A stretch of 64,000 bases of DNA. Source: Squalus acanthias. Its lineage: Eukaryota. Position 1 is the first letter of the stretch. Each line of letters begins with the position of its first letter. The stretch is taken from positions 558,001 through 622,000 of the forward strand of contig JASTWF010000070.1 of NCBI GenBank assembly GCA_030390025.1. Direction: 5' to 3'. The notes beneath the pieces were generated by a model. It was not told the origin of the DNA. It saw nothing but the letters and a program-made list of their open reading frames with translations, and searched no databases. The translations under genes were made by a program, and so were the position numbers. Shown one piece after another: positions 35,630 through 47,252 of the stretch.

Positions 35630-35910
35630 GAAGGACACAGTCTCCTTACTGTGTTTTGTCAGTGGTGTTTCCTCGAACCGGAATGCTATTTTCTGGGATG
35701 TTTCCGGACGGGGTTACAGAGCGACGCACCGATTCCCGGCACAATAGACCCGGACGGACCTACGGCAACAGAAGTCACATCAGTGACTCGGTGCAAGCTT
35801 GGAGCAGCGGCGCTGTCTGTAATTTGTGCTGTTCCACTAGACTTCTCCAGCTAAAATATGGAGACGAGCGTGTCGGGGAAAACTATAGAGAAAGCCAGGA
35901 AAGAGTGAGA
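35630..35910 (+). pseudogene. Gene Z: frameshifted C1 domain paralogous to X and Y
   Basis: KDTVSLLCFVSGVSSNRNAIFWDVSG / VTERRTDS / GTIDPDG / TYGNRSHISDSVQAWSSGAVC / CAVPLDFS; ggcacaatagacccggacgg nearly matches gene Y. Confidence 0.8.
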
Positions 35911-35954
35911 GATGAGCAAATGGCCCTTTCACTGCAACCCCTTCACTACATCGA

Positions 35955-36750
35955 ATTACATAGAATGTGCAGCACAGAAACAGGCCATTCGGCCCAACAG
36001 GTCTATGTCGGTGTTTATGCTTCACACGAGCCTTCTCCCATCCTTTTTCATCTCACCCTATCAACATATACTTCTATTCCTTTCTGCTTCACGTGTTTAT
36101 CTAACTTCTCCTTAAATGCATCTATGCTATTTGCCTCAACCACTCCCTGTGGTAGCGAGTTCCACATTCTAAACACACTCTGTAAAAAGAAGATTCTCCT
36201 GAATCCCCTATTGAATTTATTAGTGACTATCTTATATTGAAGTGACTGAAATGATTGTGTGCCATTCTGAGATGGTCTCCCCCAGAAGTGGAAACATCTC
36301 CTCTATGTCTACCTTATCAAACACTTTCATAATCTTAAATACCTCTGTCAGGTCACCCCTAAGCCTTCTCTTTTCTAGAGAAAAGAGACCCAGCCTGCTC
36401 TATCTCTGGAGATGCTGAGAGGCTGTTTCCCCCTGGCTGGAGAGTCTAGAACCAGGGGTCACAGTCTCAGAATACGGGGTCGGCCATTTAGGACTGAGAT
36501 GAGGAGAAATTTCTTCACTCAGAGGGTGGTGAATCTTTGGAATTCTCTACCCCAAAGGATTGTGGAGGCTCAGTCGTTGAGTATATTCAAGATAGAGATC
36601 GACAGATTTTTGAATATTAAGGGTTTCAAGGGATATGGGGATAGTTCAGGAAAGTGGAGATATTAAAAGATTAGCTATGATCTTATTGAATGGCGGAGCA
36701 GGCTCAAATGGCGGAATGGCCTACTCCTGCTCCTATTTCCTATGGTCTTA
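35955..36750. mobile_element. CR1 LINE fragments (- then +)
   Basis: CR1 3' motifs on both strands. Confidence 0.75.
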
Positions 36751-37629
36751 TGCACCACGCTGTAATCCACAAACTCCCACCATCAAAGTACTTGAATATC
36801 TCATAATAACAATGTGAAACAACATTAATTTTATCGCTCTGACATCCCAACGACTCATTAACTATTTCCAGTCAATTAGTTTCAAAACAGCGTAATGATT
36901 CAATTTTTATATAGCTGAAAATTAGACCTGAATGGGGTGGTTTACTTAACCAAACGCCCCCTGGAGGCAACATGTGATAAGGGTGTGCGTGTCTGATGGC
37001 GCTTCTCTATCACCCCCTGGCGACTCCTTTTCATACTTTAGAACTGAGGTTTAGAAGCAGCGTGAGCACCACATCCTTCCTGTGACTCCCAGATATCTTG
37101 CAATGTTCAATGGAGAATGATACCCACAATGCACAATTAATTCACGACTTCAGTGGAGCCCGTAGTGGTGGAGCGTTCGTTCGTGGTAAATGTTGTTCTG
37201 GGATGCTGGTATTCCACTCTCTGTAAAGGAGAATAATCAGGGGTTTAAACTCTGCTGGTCTGTGTCCCAACTCGCACCAAGTCCCGTTCACCCATCACCC
37301 CCTCTGCTCGCTGACCTACATTGGCTCCAGGTCCGGCAACACAGCACTCCTCTTAGGGGTCCGGGTCGGCCATAACTCCCGATTAGTATTACACGTTACT
37401 GCGAGATGGAAACTTATTTGTAGTCTGCCTAACTTTTGAGTATAGAAGCGCCCCATAACATGTGGGAGACATCCCAGCCCTAGACCAGCTTCAGATTGGA
37501 GTCAAAAACCGTCAGGAGAAATCTGGAGAGATTGGAGTAAAATCACTCACTGTTGAGCATATGGAAGCAAATACACTAAACGGCACAAGAGACCAAACCA
37601 AACGCTACTGCGGACAAAAAGGATGAGAG

Positions 37630-38220
37630 TTGCACAGACTAGGCTAGAATCCCCTTGAGTATAGAAGATTAAGGGGCGATCTAATTGAGCTGCTTCAGAT
37701 GATTAAAGGATTCGACAGGGTAGATAGAGAGAAACTATTTCATCTGGTGGGGGGTGTCCAGAACAAGGGGGCATCACCTTAAAATTAGAGGAAGGCCGTT
37801 CAGGGATGATGTCAGAAAGCACTTCTTCACACAATAGGTAGTGGAAATCGGGAACTCTCTCCCCCAAAAAGCTGTTGAGGCTGGGGGTCAATTGCAAATT
37901 GCAACACTGAGATTGGTAGATTTTTGTTGGGTAAGGGTATTAGGGTTATGGTCCCAAGACAGGAGATGGAGTTGAGATACAGATCAGCCATGATCTAATT
38001 GAATGGAGGAATAGGTTCGAGGGGCTGAATGGCCTCTTCCTGTTCCTATGTAAAAGGCTCGAGGGGCTGAATGGCCTCCTCCTGTTCCTGTGTAACAGGC
38101 TCGAGGGGCTGAATGGCCTCCTCCTGTTCCTGTGTAACAGGCTCGAGGGGTTGAATGGGCCTCCTCCTGTTCCTGTGTAACAGGCTCCAGGGGCTGAATG
38201 GTCTCCTCCTGTTCCTGTGA
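37630..38220 (+). mobile_element. CR1 3' fragment ending in ~5 x 42-bp tandem repeat
   Basis: ggctcgaggggctgaatggcctcctcctgttcctgtgtaaca units at ~38014, 38056, 38098, 38140 and 38183. Confidence 0.85.
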
Positions 38221-39986
38221 TCCGAACTGGGAAAATAAGATGCACGATTCTCTGCCTGATCTATGGGTTGTGTTGATTCTGAGGCAATCTCTTATGTCGC
38301 ACTGTTACCGTCTGTCGTGCGGATTATCTCACTGACCGTAACTGTACATGTACCGGTGGGAGGGGTGACGTGGGAGGGGTACCGATTAGTAACGCCTATA
38401 CTGAGCTGTCCCCCAGACTGAATTAAAATAGCGCCAAACCGTATGCTGCTGGGAAATGCCAGGATGACCCCTCTCTGCTGGCTCCAGATCACATCTGGCT
38501 GAAGCTGACAACATCTGATAACGAGGTGGCAAAGCTGGTCACCTGTACCTGAATGTGCTCTCCATGTAGAGTTTTGGATCTTTATACGAGGGAATCTTTT
38601 CCCCGGGAAATCACTCCTTCTCTAGACACAGACTCGCCACCCTCGCCCATTGATTCCACCCCCTTCCCGGTCTCAATCGACCCAGACTGTTCGCAATCTC
38701 AGGGCCCTATTGCACCCATATCTGAGTTCCCCGGCTCATGACCTGTCCATCTCAAAGGCCGCCTACTTTCAACTCGCTAACCTTTCCTGCCTTCCCCGAG
38801 ACATCAGTCCACCTGCCGTTAAACCCTCATCCAAGCCTTTGTTACCTCCTAACGTGACTTGTCCAATGCTCGCGGCACCCCTACCTAAGACACTTGGTAA
38901 TCTTGAGCTGATCCAGAACTTTTCCGCCCGTAGCCCATCCCCCACAAGTCCCACTCACTCACCATCCACGGTCTTGCTGAACTGCAGGGACTCCTCACCC
39001 CCAAGTCCCCCAGTTTAAAATTGTCATACCTTTGTTCAAATCCGTTCATCTCTTCGCCCCTCCCAATCTCTTTAACCCCATCCATTACTATCTACCCCCA
39101 GCTCTCTGTGCCCCCCGAATCTGGCACTGGAGAAGGTGCAATAAAAGATTTACAAGGATGATACACAACTGAGAGGTTATAACTATCAGGAAAGACTGAA
39201 GTCTGGAACTCTTTTCTCTAGAAAAGAGAAGGCTGAGGGGTGACCTGTTCGAGGTCTTAAAGATTATGAAAGGGTTTGATGTGGTCGACATGGAGAAGAT
39301 GCTTCTACTTGTGGGAAAGACCCAGAACTAGGGGCCATCAATATAAGATAGATACTAATAAATCCAATGGGGAATTCAGGAGAAAGTTCTTTACCCTGAG
39401 AGTGGTGAGAATTTGGAACTCGCTACCACAGGGAATAGTTCAGGCGAATAGGATAGCTGCATTTAAGGGGAAGCTAGATAAACACATGAGGGAGAAGGGA
39501 TTAGAGGGTTATGCTGACAGTGTTAGATGAGGAATGATGGGAGGAGGCTCGAGTGGAGTATAAACTCCGGCATTGACCAGTTGGGCTGAAAGGCCTGTTT
39601 GTCCTGTACATTCTATGTAATCCACTCAATTTCCCTTTAAGTGCTGAGTAAAGACGGAGAACTTTAAGCTCGTGGCAGCATTTCATGTTTATTAAGAGCG
39701 GTGTTACACAAGTTCGCAATCACAATACGGTCACAGACTAAAGGGAAATCTGTCCCCATTCTACACACAGCGAAAGTTTACACACAAGATATTGGGAACA
39801 GTTGTACAGAAATTTCCACACTATCATTTCAGTCACTTCAGTTATTAAACATTTGCATTGTTTGCGAAAAACTGAAATTGCTGCAGCGATTACATTGCAA
39901 AAAAGGCGGATTGCACACATCGAATGATCTGTCTCATGACATTAAACACTTGCAAAAATCAAACTCCACTGCCAACTCGCAACGCC

Positions 39987-40315
39987 TCAGTCTGAACACG
40001 TGGAGGCGCTGATGGTCTTGAGAAGAGGCGAGCTCAGGCAGCCGTGGCTGACGCTGCAGGAATAGCTGGAGCCCTTGTTCCAGGCGGTGGCGGGGATTCT
40101 CAGGTAACTGCTCAGGCTGTAGGTTTGATCGCTGTCCGGGGACACGGCGCCTGTCGTCACCCCGCTGTCTGTCTCTTGGCCATCCACGCTCCAGCGGAGC
40201 CGCACCAAGCCCGGCTTGAAGCGACTGACCAGGCAGGACAGAGTGGCCGAGCCCGAGCCGATTTCTTCCGAGGAGGGAGGGAGGAGAAGAACCGAGGGGT
40301 TTCGATCCTCGCTGC
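39987..40315 (-). CDS. Ig light chain constant exon, copy B
   Basis: cacacag|SEDRNPSVLLLPPSSEEIGSGSATLSCLVSRFKPG...YSCSVSHGCLSSPLLKTISASTCSD*; terminal Cys for the H-L bond; AATAAA at 39688-39693. Confidence 0.95.
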
Positions 40316-43300
40316 CTGTGTGTGTGGGGACGAGAAAATTCATTAGTTTATGGAATCCGTCAGCAGTGGGACTCTCTGATCTGAAATCAAAGACGCCAAA
40401 GAACCCCCGAACAACATTCACTTTAAAATAAATTACTGATTAATACAGGAGTTCCAATAAATTCTTAAATCTCTAATTCCTCTGCTCCTCTGCCAATTCT
40501 TGTCCCTACATTACAACAGTGACTTGGTTCAAAAGTACTTCATTGTCTGTAAAGCGCATTGGGACGTCCTGAGGTCGTGAAAGAAGCTTTAGAAATACAA
40601 GTCTTCCTTTCTTTCTTTCTTTCTTTCTTGTAAAATAACAACAGAAAATGCAGAAATACAGACCGAGTCAGTCAGCATGTGTGAGGTGGAAAGATCAGTA
40701 ACTGACCAGTTCAGGTGCAAGTTACACCCCCTGAAACGCACTAACCTGTCTGTTCCCGTTACAGACACTGATCGACCGACCGTGCATTCCCAGCATTTTC
40801 TATTTTTATTTGATTTCCTAAAATTGCAGTTTTCTCCTTTTTACTTGAATATAATAAAGCGTTTGATTGTCTTAAAATGCGTTGTGTTAACATTAAAGAG
40901 GTCAAGTCAAGGAGCTGTGACCCGCTTTTCACCGAGAGTCCACATTTGCTCTGATATCTCAAACTGATGCAGCCCTTTCAAAGAGCCGCCACAGGCACGA
41001 TGGGCCGAATGGCCTCCTTCTGTGCTGCATCATTCTACAAGAGCCCGGAAGTTTTTTTTTACAATTCCTACTTTTTTTAGAATTGCGTGTAAGAAACTGA
41101 TCCGCTTTAAATGTTGCGGCGATGATAATTGAGCCGGGTCTGTTACCGGGTATTGAAGAGCTCACTGAATAAAGAGAGGACATTGTACACGGGCTGGGAA
41201 TTAATGTAGTGACTCTGCCTAAAAATATTGTAAATGATTTACATAGAATTATACAGAATATACAGCACAGAAAGAGTTCATTCGGAACTACCAGTCCATG
41301 CCGGCGTTTGTGCTCCACTGGAGCCTCCTCCCATCCTTCCTCATCCAACTCTATCAGCATAACCCTCTATTCCCTTCTCCCTCATGTGCTTATCTAGCCT
41401 CCCCTTAAATGCATCTATAATACTCGCCTCAACCACTCCCTGTGGTAGCGAGTTCCACATTCTCACCACTCTCTGGGTAAATAAGTTTCTCCTGAATTCC
41501 CTATTGGATTTCTTGGTGACTATCTTATATTGATGGCCTCTAGTTTTGCTCTTCCCCACAAGTGGAAAAATTCTCTCTGTGTCTACTCTATCAAAACCTT
41601 TCATTATTTTAAAGCTCTCTATTCGGCAACCCCTCAGCCTTCTCTTTTCCCCGGTTTGATGAAGGGTTTTCACTGTTCGGTATTTCTAGTGAAAGGTGGA
41701 ACAAGGGTTGTAAAAGATTCTCGCTGCAGAGGCAAGTAAGGATTCCTCCCCGCGCGGGTGAACTGATTTCTCTCTCGGGATCAGCTCAGTCTCGCTGGTC
41801 CCGGAGCGATCCGTTCAACACTGGGCGGTAGCGGGACCCGACACATCAACCCAGGAGAATCGCCGCTCTCCCCGGGGGGACACTGGACAGGGAGAGTCAG
41901 CAGACACAGCCTAGGGGAGGGGAGAGCGTCAGCAGCCAGAGAATGAGATGGAGAGAAAGTTCCCTTCAACAAGCATCACCCAGTCTCACTCACATACACG
42001 GGGCTGGTCAGTAATTGTCACTGCGCCGCTCCATGGTAAAGCGTCGCTTCTGCTCTATAAACAGCGGGGAGATTGCGAATAATGAGCTCAGACAGATTAA
42101 ATAACGGAGCAGGAAATTCAGGATAAAAGCGGTCCCGTCAAACGAATACAATCCCGACTAGTCCCGGTGTTACTGGCGACAGGGAGTCGATCCAACCGGT
42201 TCTGTGCTGGGACAGCGGGTCTCGGGAGGGTCCTCTCTCTCTCCCAGCCCAGAGCCGGACACCCGACGGCTGCGGTCAGGGGGACAATACGCCACAGGAA
42301 TAAAACCAGCAGCAACATTGAAAGTTGCAAATGACGGTAAATGAGTTGGGATTCCCCCGGGGTCGCTCCCGCCGGCTCCGGGCAATCGATTTGAAATCGG
42401 GCGGTGCCGACTCGAGACATTAGATATAATTCTACATACAATAAGAGAAGAAGTAAGGCACAGCTTAGAATCATACAGCACAGAAGGAGGCCATTCAGCC
42501 CATCGTGCCAGTGCCGGCTCTTTGAAAGAGCAAACGAATCAGTCCCACTCTCCCCCCCCCCCGCCCCACTGCTCTTTCCCCACAGCCCTGCAATTTTCTC
42601 CCCTTCAAGTCTCAGTGTAACATAGTGACATATTCAGTGTCCACTGTCAGAACCTCACAGTGTAGCTCACAACTTTCCTCTCTCTCTCTCTCTCTCTCTT
42701 GCTGCACCCGAATGATACCGGTGCTTAGAGGGTTAAAATACGAGGACGTGTTGCATAAACTTGGCATGTATTCCCTTGAGTTCAGAAGATTCAGGGATTA
42801 TTCCCACTCCCCTTTTCCCGTGGCCATGCATTAATCCTTTTCCAGTATATATCCAATTCCCTTTTGAAAGTTACTATTGTATCTGCTTCCACCGCCCTTT
42901 CAGGCAGCGCGTTCCAGATCAGAACAACTCGCTGCGTAAAGAATATTCTCCTCATCTCCCCTCTGGTTCTTTTGCCAATTATCTTAAATCTATGTTCTCT
43001 GGTTACCGACCTTCCTGCCAGTGGAAACAACTTCTGCTTATTTACTCCATCAAAACTCTTCGTGATTTTGAACGCCTCGAACAAATCTCCCCCTAGCCTT
43101 CTCTGCTCTAAGGAGAACAATCCCAGCTTCTCCAGTCTCTCCACATCACTGAATTCGCTCATACCTGGTTCCATTCTAGTAAATCTCCTCTGCACACTCT
43201 CCAAGGACTTGGCATTCTTCCTAAAGTGTTTTATCAAAACCTATTTACGTTTTTACATTAATTCATAACTTCAAAGTACTTATCCAATTCTCTTTTGAAA

Positions 43301-43621
43301 GTTACTATTGAATCTGCTTCCACCGCCCTTTCAGGCAGCGCGTTGCAGATCACAACAACTCGCTGCGTAAAAATAACACTTCTCCTCATCTCCCCTATTG
43401 AATGGAAGCAGGAAATGGTGTCAAACTTCATTTCAGCGCAGTATTATTCCCCGAGGCGCTTCAACAATTCAAATTCTGAAGAGTTTAACCTTTTTTGAGT
43501 ATAAATAGATACAACATCAAAATTCACTGAATCGAGATTTCTCTGGCGCCCGGGAATGTAAACGACTGTAAATTAATAATAATTGAAACAATGTGAATTA
43601 TAGAATGAGAGAGTCACTTAC

Positions 43622-43975
43622 TCTTAACACTCAGGACGGTCCCCGGTCCTAAGATGACTACCGAGTCCCACACAGAAAAGTAATAGACCGCGGAGTCACC
43701 GGGCACCAGGGTTCCGATGGTCAGAATGTAACTGTTTCCGGAGGCGTCTCTGGAAGGTTGAAAGCGGTCTGTGAAGCCGGTGCGTCGGTATATATCATTA
43801 TCTGATTCATAAGTTAGCACCCACACCGGAGCTTCCCCGGGTCGCTGTCGGTACCAGAACACGTCCTTGCTGCTCACAGCGCTGTTCTGCATCGCACATT
43901 GTAACCGGGCGGTTTGACCCGCGGAGACAGGATCGGATATTGGGGACTGATTGAGGACGGGAGCCGCCAGGACAC
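43622..43975 (-). CDS. Ig light chain germline-joined VJ exon, copy B (open frame, Cys104->Phe)
   Basis: GVLAAPVLNQSPISDPVSAGQTARLQCAMQNSAVSSKDVFWYRQ...DSAVYYFSVWDSVVILGPGTVLSVK; splice sites intact; YYC->YYF and FGxG->LGPG. Confidence 0.9.
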
Positions 43976-44127
43976 CTTCAATAAAAGAAAAAAATCAACC
44001 CATTCAGAGACTTGGAGCAATTAGGACGTTAATGCCTCAACAAACACGAAGAGAAAACCGCCCGAACCTCGGTACTGAACCGATTTAGTTGCGAATAAAC
44101 CCGTGAATAAAACCAGCCGTCTCTCAC

Positions 44128-44176
44128 CTGTTAAATGGATCAGCAGAGCCCACAGGAAATGCATCGCTGGAGCCAT
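44128..44176 (-). CDS. Ig light chain leader exon, copy B
   Basis: MAPAMHFLWALLIHLT+G|GTGAG. Confidence 0.9.
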
Positions 44177-44290
44177 TTCCTGCGGAGAAGCACCAACAGC
44201 CACCGATCAAAAATCCGACTGAACCGTGCGCTGTTCCTGTAAACTCCGGGACCCGGTCCGGTTAGTGTCTGCAAACCCGAGACTCCGGGT

Positions 44291-44314
44291 CTATTTATTA
44301 CCCGGTATGCAAAT
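44291..44314 (-). promoter_or_regulatory. Octamer plus TATA-like promoter, copy B
   Basis: atgcaaat at 44307-44314. Confidence 0.85.
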
Positions 44315-45394
44315 GGCTGGGAGGGGCCAGGAAAAGGAAGGAGGCAGATTTTTATTTCGGGCATTTTTTTAATCTGTTTGTGTCAGATTAAATTATTAAA
44401 CACTTAAAACTTTAATATACAAATGTTTAATCTCCAATTGGACTTTCTGTTAAGGGGAGCTTCCAAATTTCGAAGATTTTTGCGTTTAATGAATATTTAG
44501 TCTGTGTTCTACCCCAGAAAAATGAGGGGCGGATTGTAGAGATACCGATCAGCTGATGCACTTCGGCTTGAATCGTTCTGATAACGCGCTGTTACTCTCT
44601 GATATACTGCATCAGATTTTAAAATAATCGTTTCCACCTAAAATAAATATTTCATAATAGACTGACGTCCCTTTCTCTAAATCAGCAGCAAGACAACCCT
44701 AGATTTGTCAATCCCTTAAAAATTGTGGTGTCAATTGACAAATATGATTTGGGCTTCAGACTGAAAATACATTTCTGATGAGAATATTCCTGAGGCGGAA
44801 TAAAGGGCGAATTAGATGAATGAGAAAGACGGGGGGGGGGGCGGGGGGAAGCGGCATTTTACAGCCTGCCCCGGATTAACGAGAAGTTGTTCAATTAAAG
44901 TCTGAGTCATCCCCTTTAAAACTCAGGAAGGCAAATAAAACTCGGCTCAATATTAATAAAATTACATCTTGTCTTTAATTTGCTGCGCATCCGATTAATG
45001 CGCGCAGTTCCCGTTTTAAACCCTGTTCCAGTTGAATTATTAAGCGGCGGGGTCAGTTGTTTCTGGGGCTCTGTGATGTTGAACATTTCCCCGGTTTGGA
45101 TTCAATCCTTAACTCCCCACACTGAGTCCTGGTTCATGTCTTTAAAAGTCAGATTGAAACTGGTTGGTGTCAGTTAGTTGAGAGCGAAAGAAACATGTAG
45201 CAATTGTTTAATAATTGGGTTGTCTCGAGATATTAGCGTCAAAGGAATAATATTTTGTGTTTAATAAATATCTGAATTGTGTATCTGTGAAGTTAGATAT
45301 TCCCCTGTTTCTTAGTAAAACACACAGAGCGGCCGGAGGGATTCTCGCCCCCTGGAGTAGCCGGCACTGAATTCGGGCAGGGATTGGTTCTCAC

Positions 45395-45640
45395 CTAGAC
45401 AAGGGGCTTTTCGGTGAAGCCCAGGTGCTTGGTTCTGTTTCTGCGCTTGAACTGATCGCTGATTCCTCTGGTCTGTTCGAATTATTAAAGGGGCTTTGGT
45501 GCTGTGACTGGAGCTGCTCCCTCAACCTTGCACAGGTCCCAAGAGCTTTTTCACTGCTGATACTGACACGGCTGACTGGAGAACCAATCATTGCAGAGCA
45601 CTGGCCACACCGCGCACTGCACCTTGGGAACTGTAGTTCC
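45395..45640 (-). promoter_or_regulatory. Upstream ZNF143-type motif, CCAAT box and putative non-coding exon, copy B
   Basis: ACTACAGTTCCCAAGGTGCA at 45618-45640; ccaat ~45584; donor TAG|GTGAG. Confidence 0.45.
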
Positions 45641-45689
45641 ACATTGGGCAATAGCCACGATCAGTGGGTCTATTGAAACTATGACAGCT

Positions 45690-46560
45690 CTATATCACCG
45701 CTACCTCCTCGACACCTCCAATCTCTCTAAATTGTCACACTGCCTGTCCAACATCCAGCACTGGATGAGCAGAAATGTCCTCCAACTAAATATTGGGATT
45801 ACCAAAGCTATTGCCTTTAGTCCGCGCCACAAATTGCGGTCGCTCACCACTGACCCCATCCGTCTCCCTACTAAATCTCTGAGGCTGAACCAGACAGTTC
45901 GCAAACTTGATGTCATATCTGAGATGAGCTTTCGACCACATATCTGCGCCATCACTAAAACAGCGTATTTCCACCTCCATAACATTGCCCGACTCCGCCC
46001 TGCCTCAGCTCACCTGCTGCTGAAAGCCTCATCCGTGCTTTTGTTACCTCTAGACGTGACTATTCCAATGCACTCTTGGGACTCCTCCCACTTTCTACAC
46101 TCCGTAAACTTGAGGTCATTCAAAACTCTGTTGCCCGTGTCTGAACTCGCAACAACTCCACTTCACCCATCACCCTTGTGCTCACTGACCAACATTGGCT
46201 CCCGTATAAGCAACTTCTCGATTTTAAAAATCTGGTCTTTGTTTTCAAATCCCTCCATGACCTCGCCCCCCTCCCTAGCTCGGTAACCTCCTCCAGCCCT
46301 ACAACCCTCCGAGATCGCTGCACTCCTCCAATTCTCCCCGATTTTAATTGCACCACCATTGGCGGCCGAGTTTTCAGTTGCCAAGGCCCTAAGCTCTGGA
46401 ACGTCTCCGTCTCTCTACCTGCCTGTCCCCCTTTAAGACGCTCCTCAAAATTTTCCTCCTTGACCAAGCTTTTGTTCACCTGTCCTAATGTCTCCTTATG
46501 TGGTTTAGTGTCCTATTAGATGACGTTCCTGTGAAGCACTTTGTTCGGTATTATGAAGTT
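45690..46560 (+). mobile_element. L2-clade LINE fragment (counterpart of 6385-7330)
   Basis: CLSNIQHWMSRNVLQLNIGIT; same flanks as in copy A. Confidence 0.8.
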
Positions 46561-46574
46561 TAAAGTGATCTGCT

Positions 46575-47030
46575 GACGCTGTGGCTCAGAGGGTCGCACC
46601 CTCGCCTGTGCGTCAAGAGAGTTGGGAGTTCAAGTCCTCACTCCGTGAATCTCGAGCACAAAAATCTATGCTGACACTCCCAGTGCAGTACTGAGGGAGC
46701 GCTGCACTGTCGGAGGTGTCGTCTTTTAGATGAAACATTAAATCGAGGCGCCGTGGATGTACAAGAACCCACAGCCACTTTTTCGAAGAAGAGCAGGGGA
46801 TCCTGAGGCCAATACTTATCGCTCAATCAATATCACTGAAACAGATGCTTTGGTCATTATCACATTGCTGTTTGTGGGAGCTTGCTCTGCGCAAATTGGC
46901 TATCGCAATTGCAACATTGCAACAGTGACTACACTTCCAAAAGTAATTAATTGGCTGTGAAGCGCGTTGGGATGTCCAGTGGTCGTTAAATGGGCTATAT
47001 AAATACAAGTTATTGTTATTGTTGCTTTTG
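46575..47030 (+). mobile_element. tRNA-headed shark SINE
   Basis: Same family as 8345 and 21123. Confidence 0.75.
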
Positions 47031-47121
47031 GAGGCAGGGCGCGGCTTTAGACAAGACTCACAGCAAACAGTCTATCATACAGCAAACAAACTCTATTTAC
47101 TCAGCAAACAGATTCTAATTA

Positions 47122-47252
47122 TGATGCGGAGATGCCGGCGTTGGACTGGGGTGGACAAAAATGAGAAGTCGCACAACACCAGGTTATAGTCCAACAGATT
47201 GTAAAATTAAATAAATCTGTTGGACTATAACCTGGTGTTGTGCGACTTCTCA
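47122..47252. mobile_element. Short insertion with perfect 39-bp inverted repeat and target-site duplication (Penelope-type end)
   Basis: Arms 47162-47200 and 47214-47252; (ca)gattctaatta duplicated on both sides; empty site in copy A (~7410). Confidence 0.7.

Noticed and set aside
36850-38560. TM/cytoplasmic exons for gene Z
   Set aside because: Unique sequence is present, but I could not find a convincing spliceable hydrophobic or tyrosine-motif exon.
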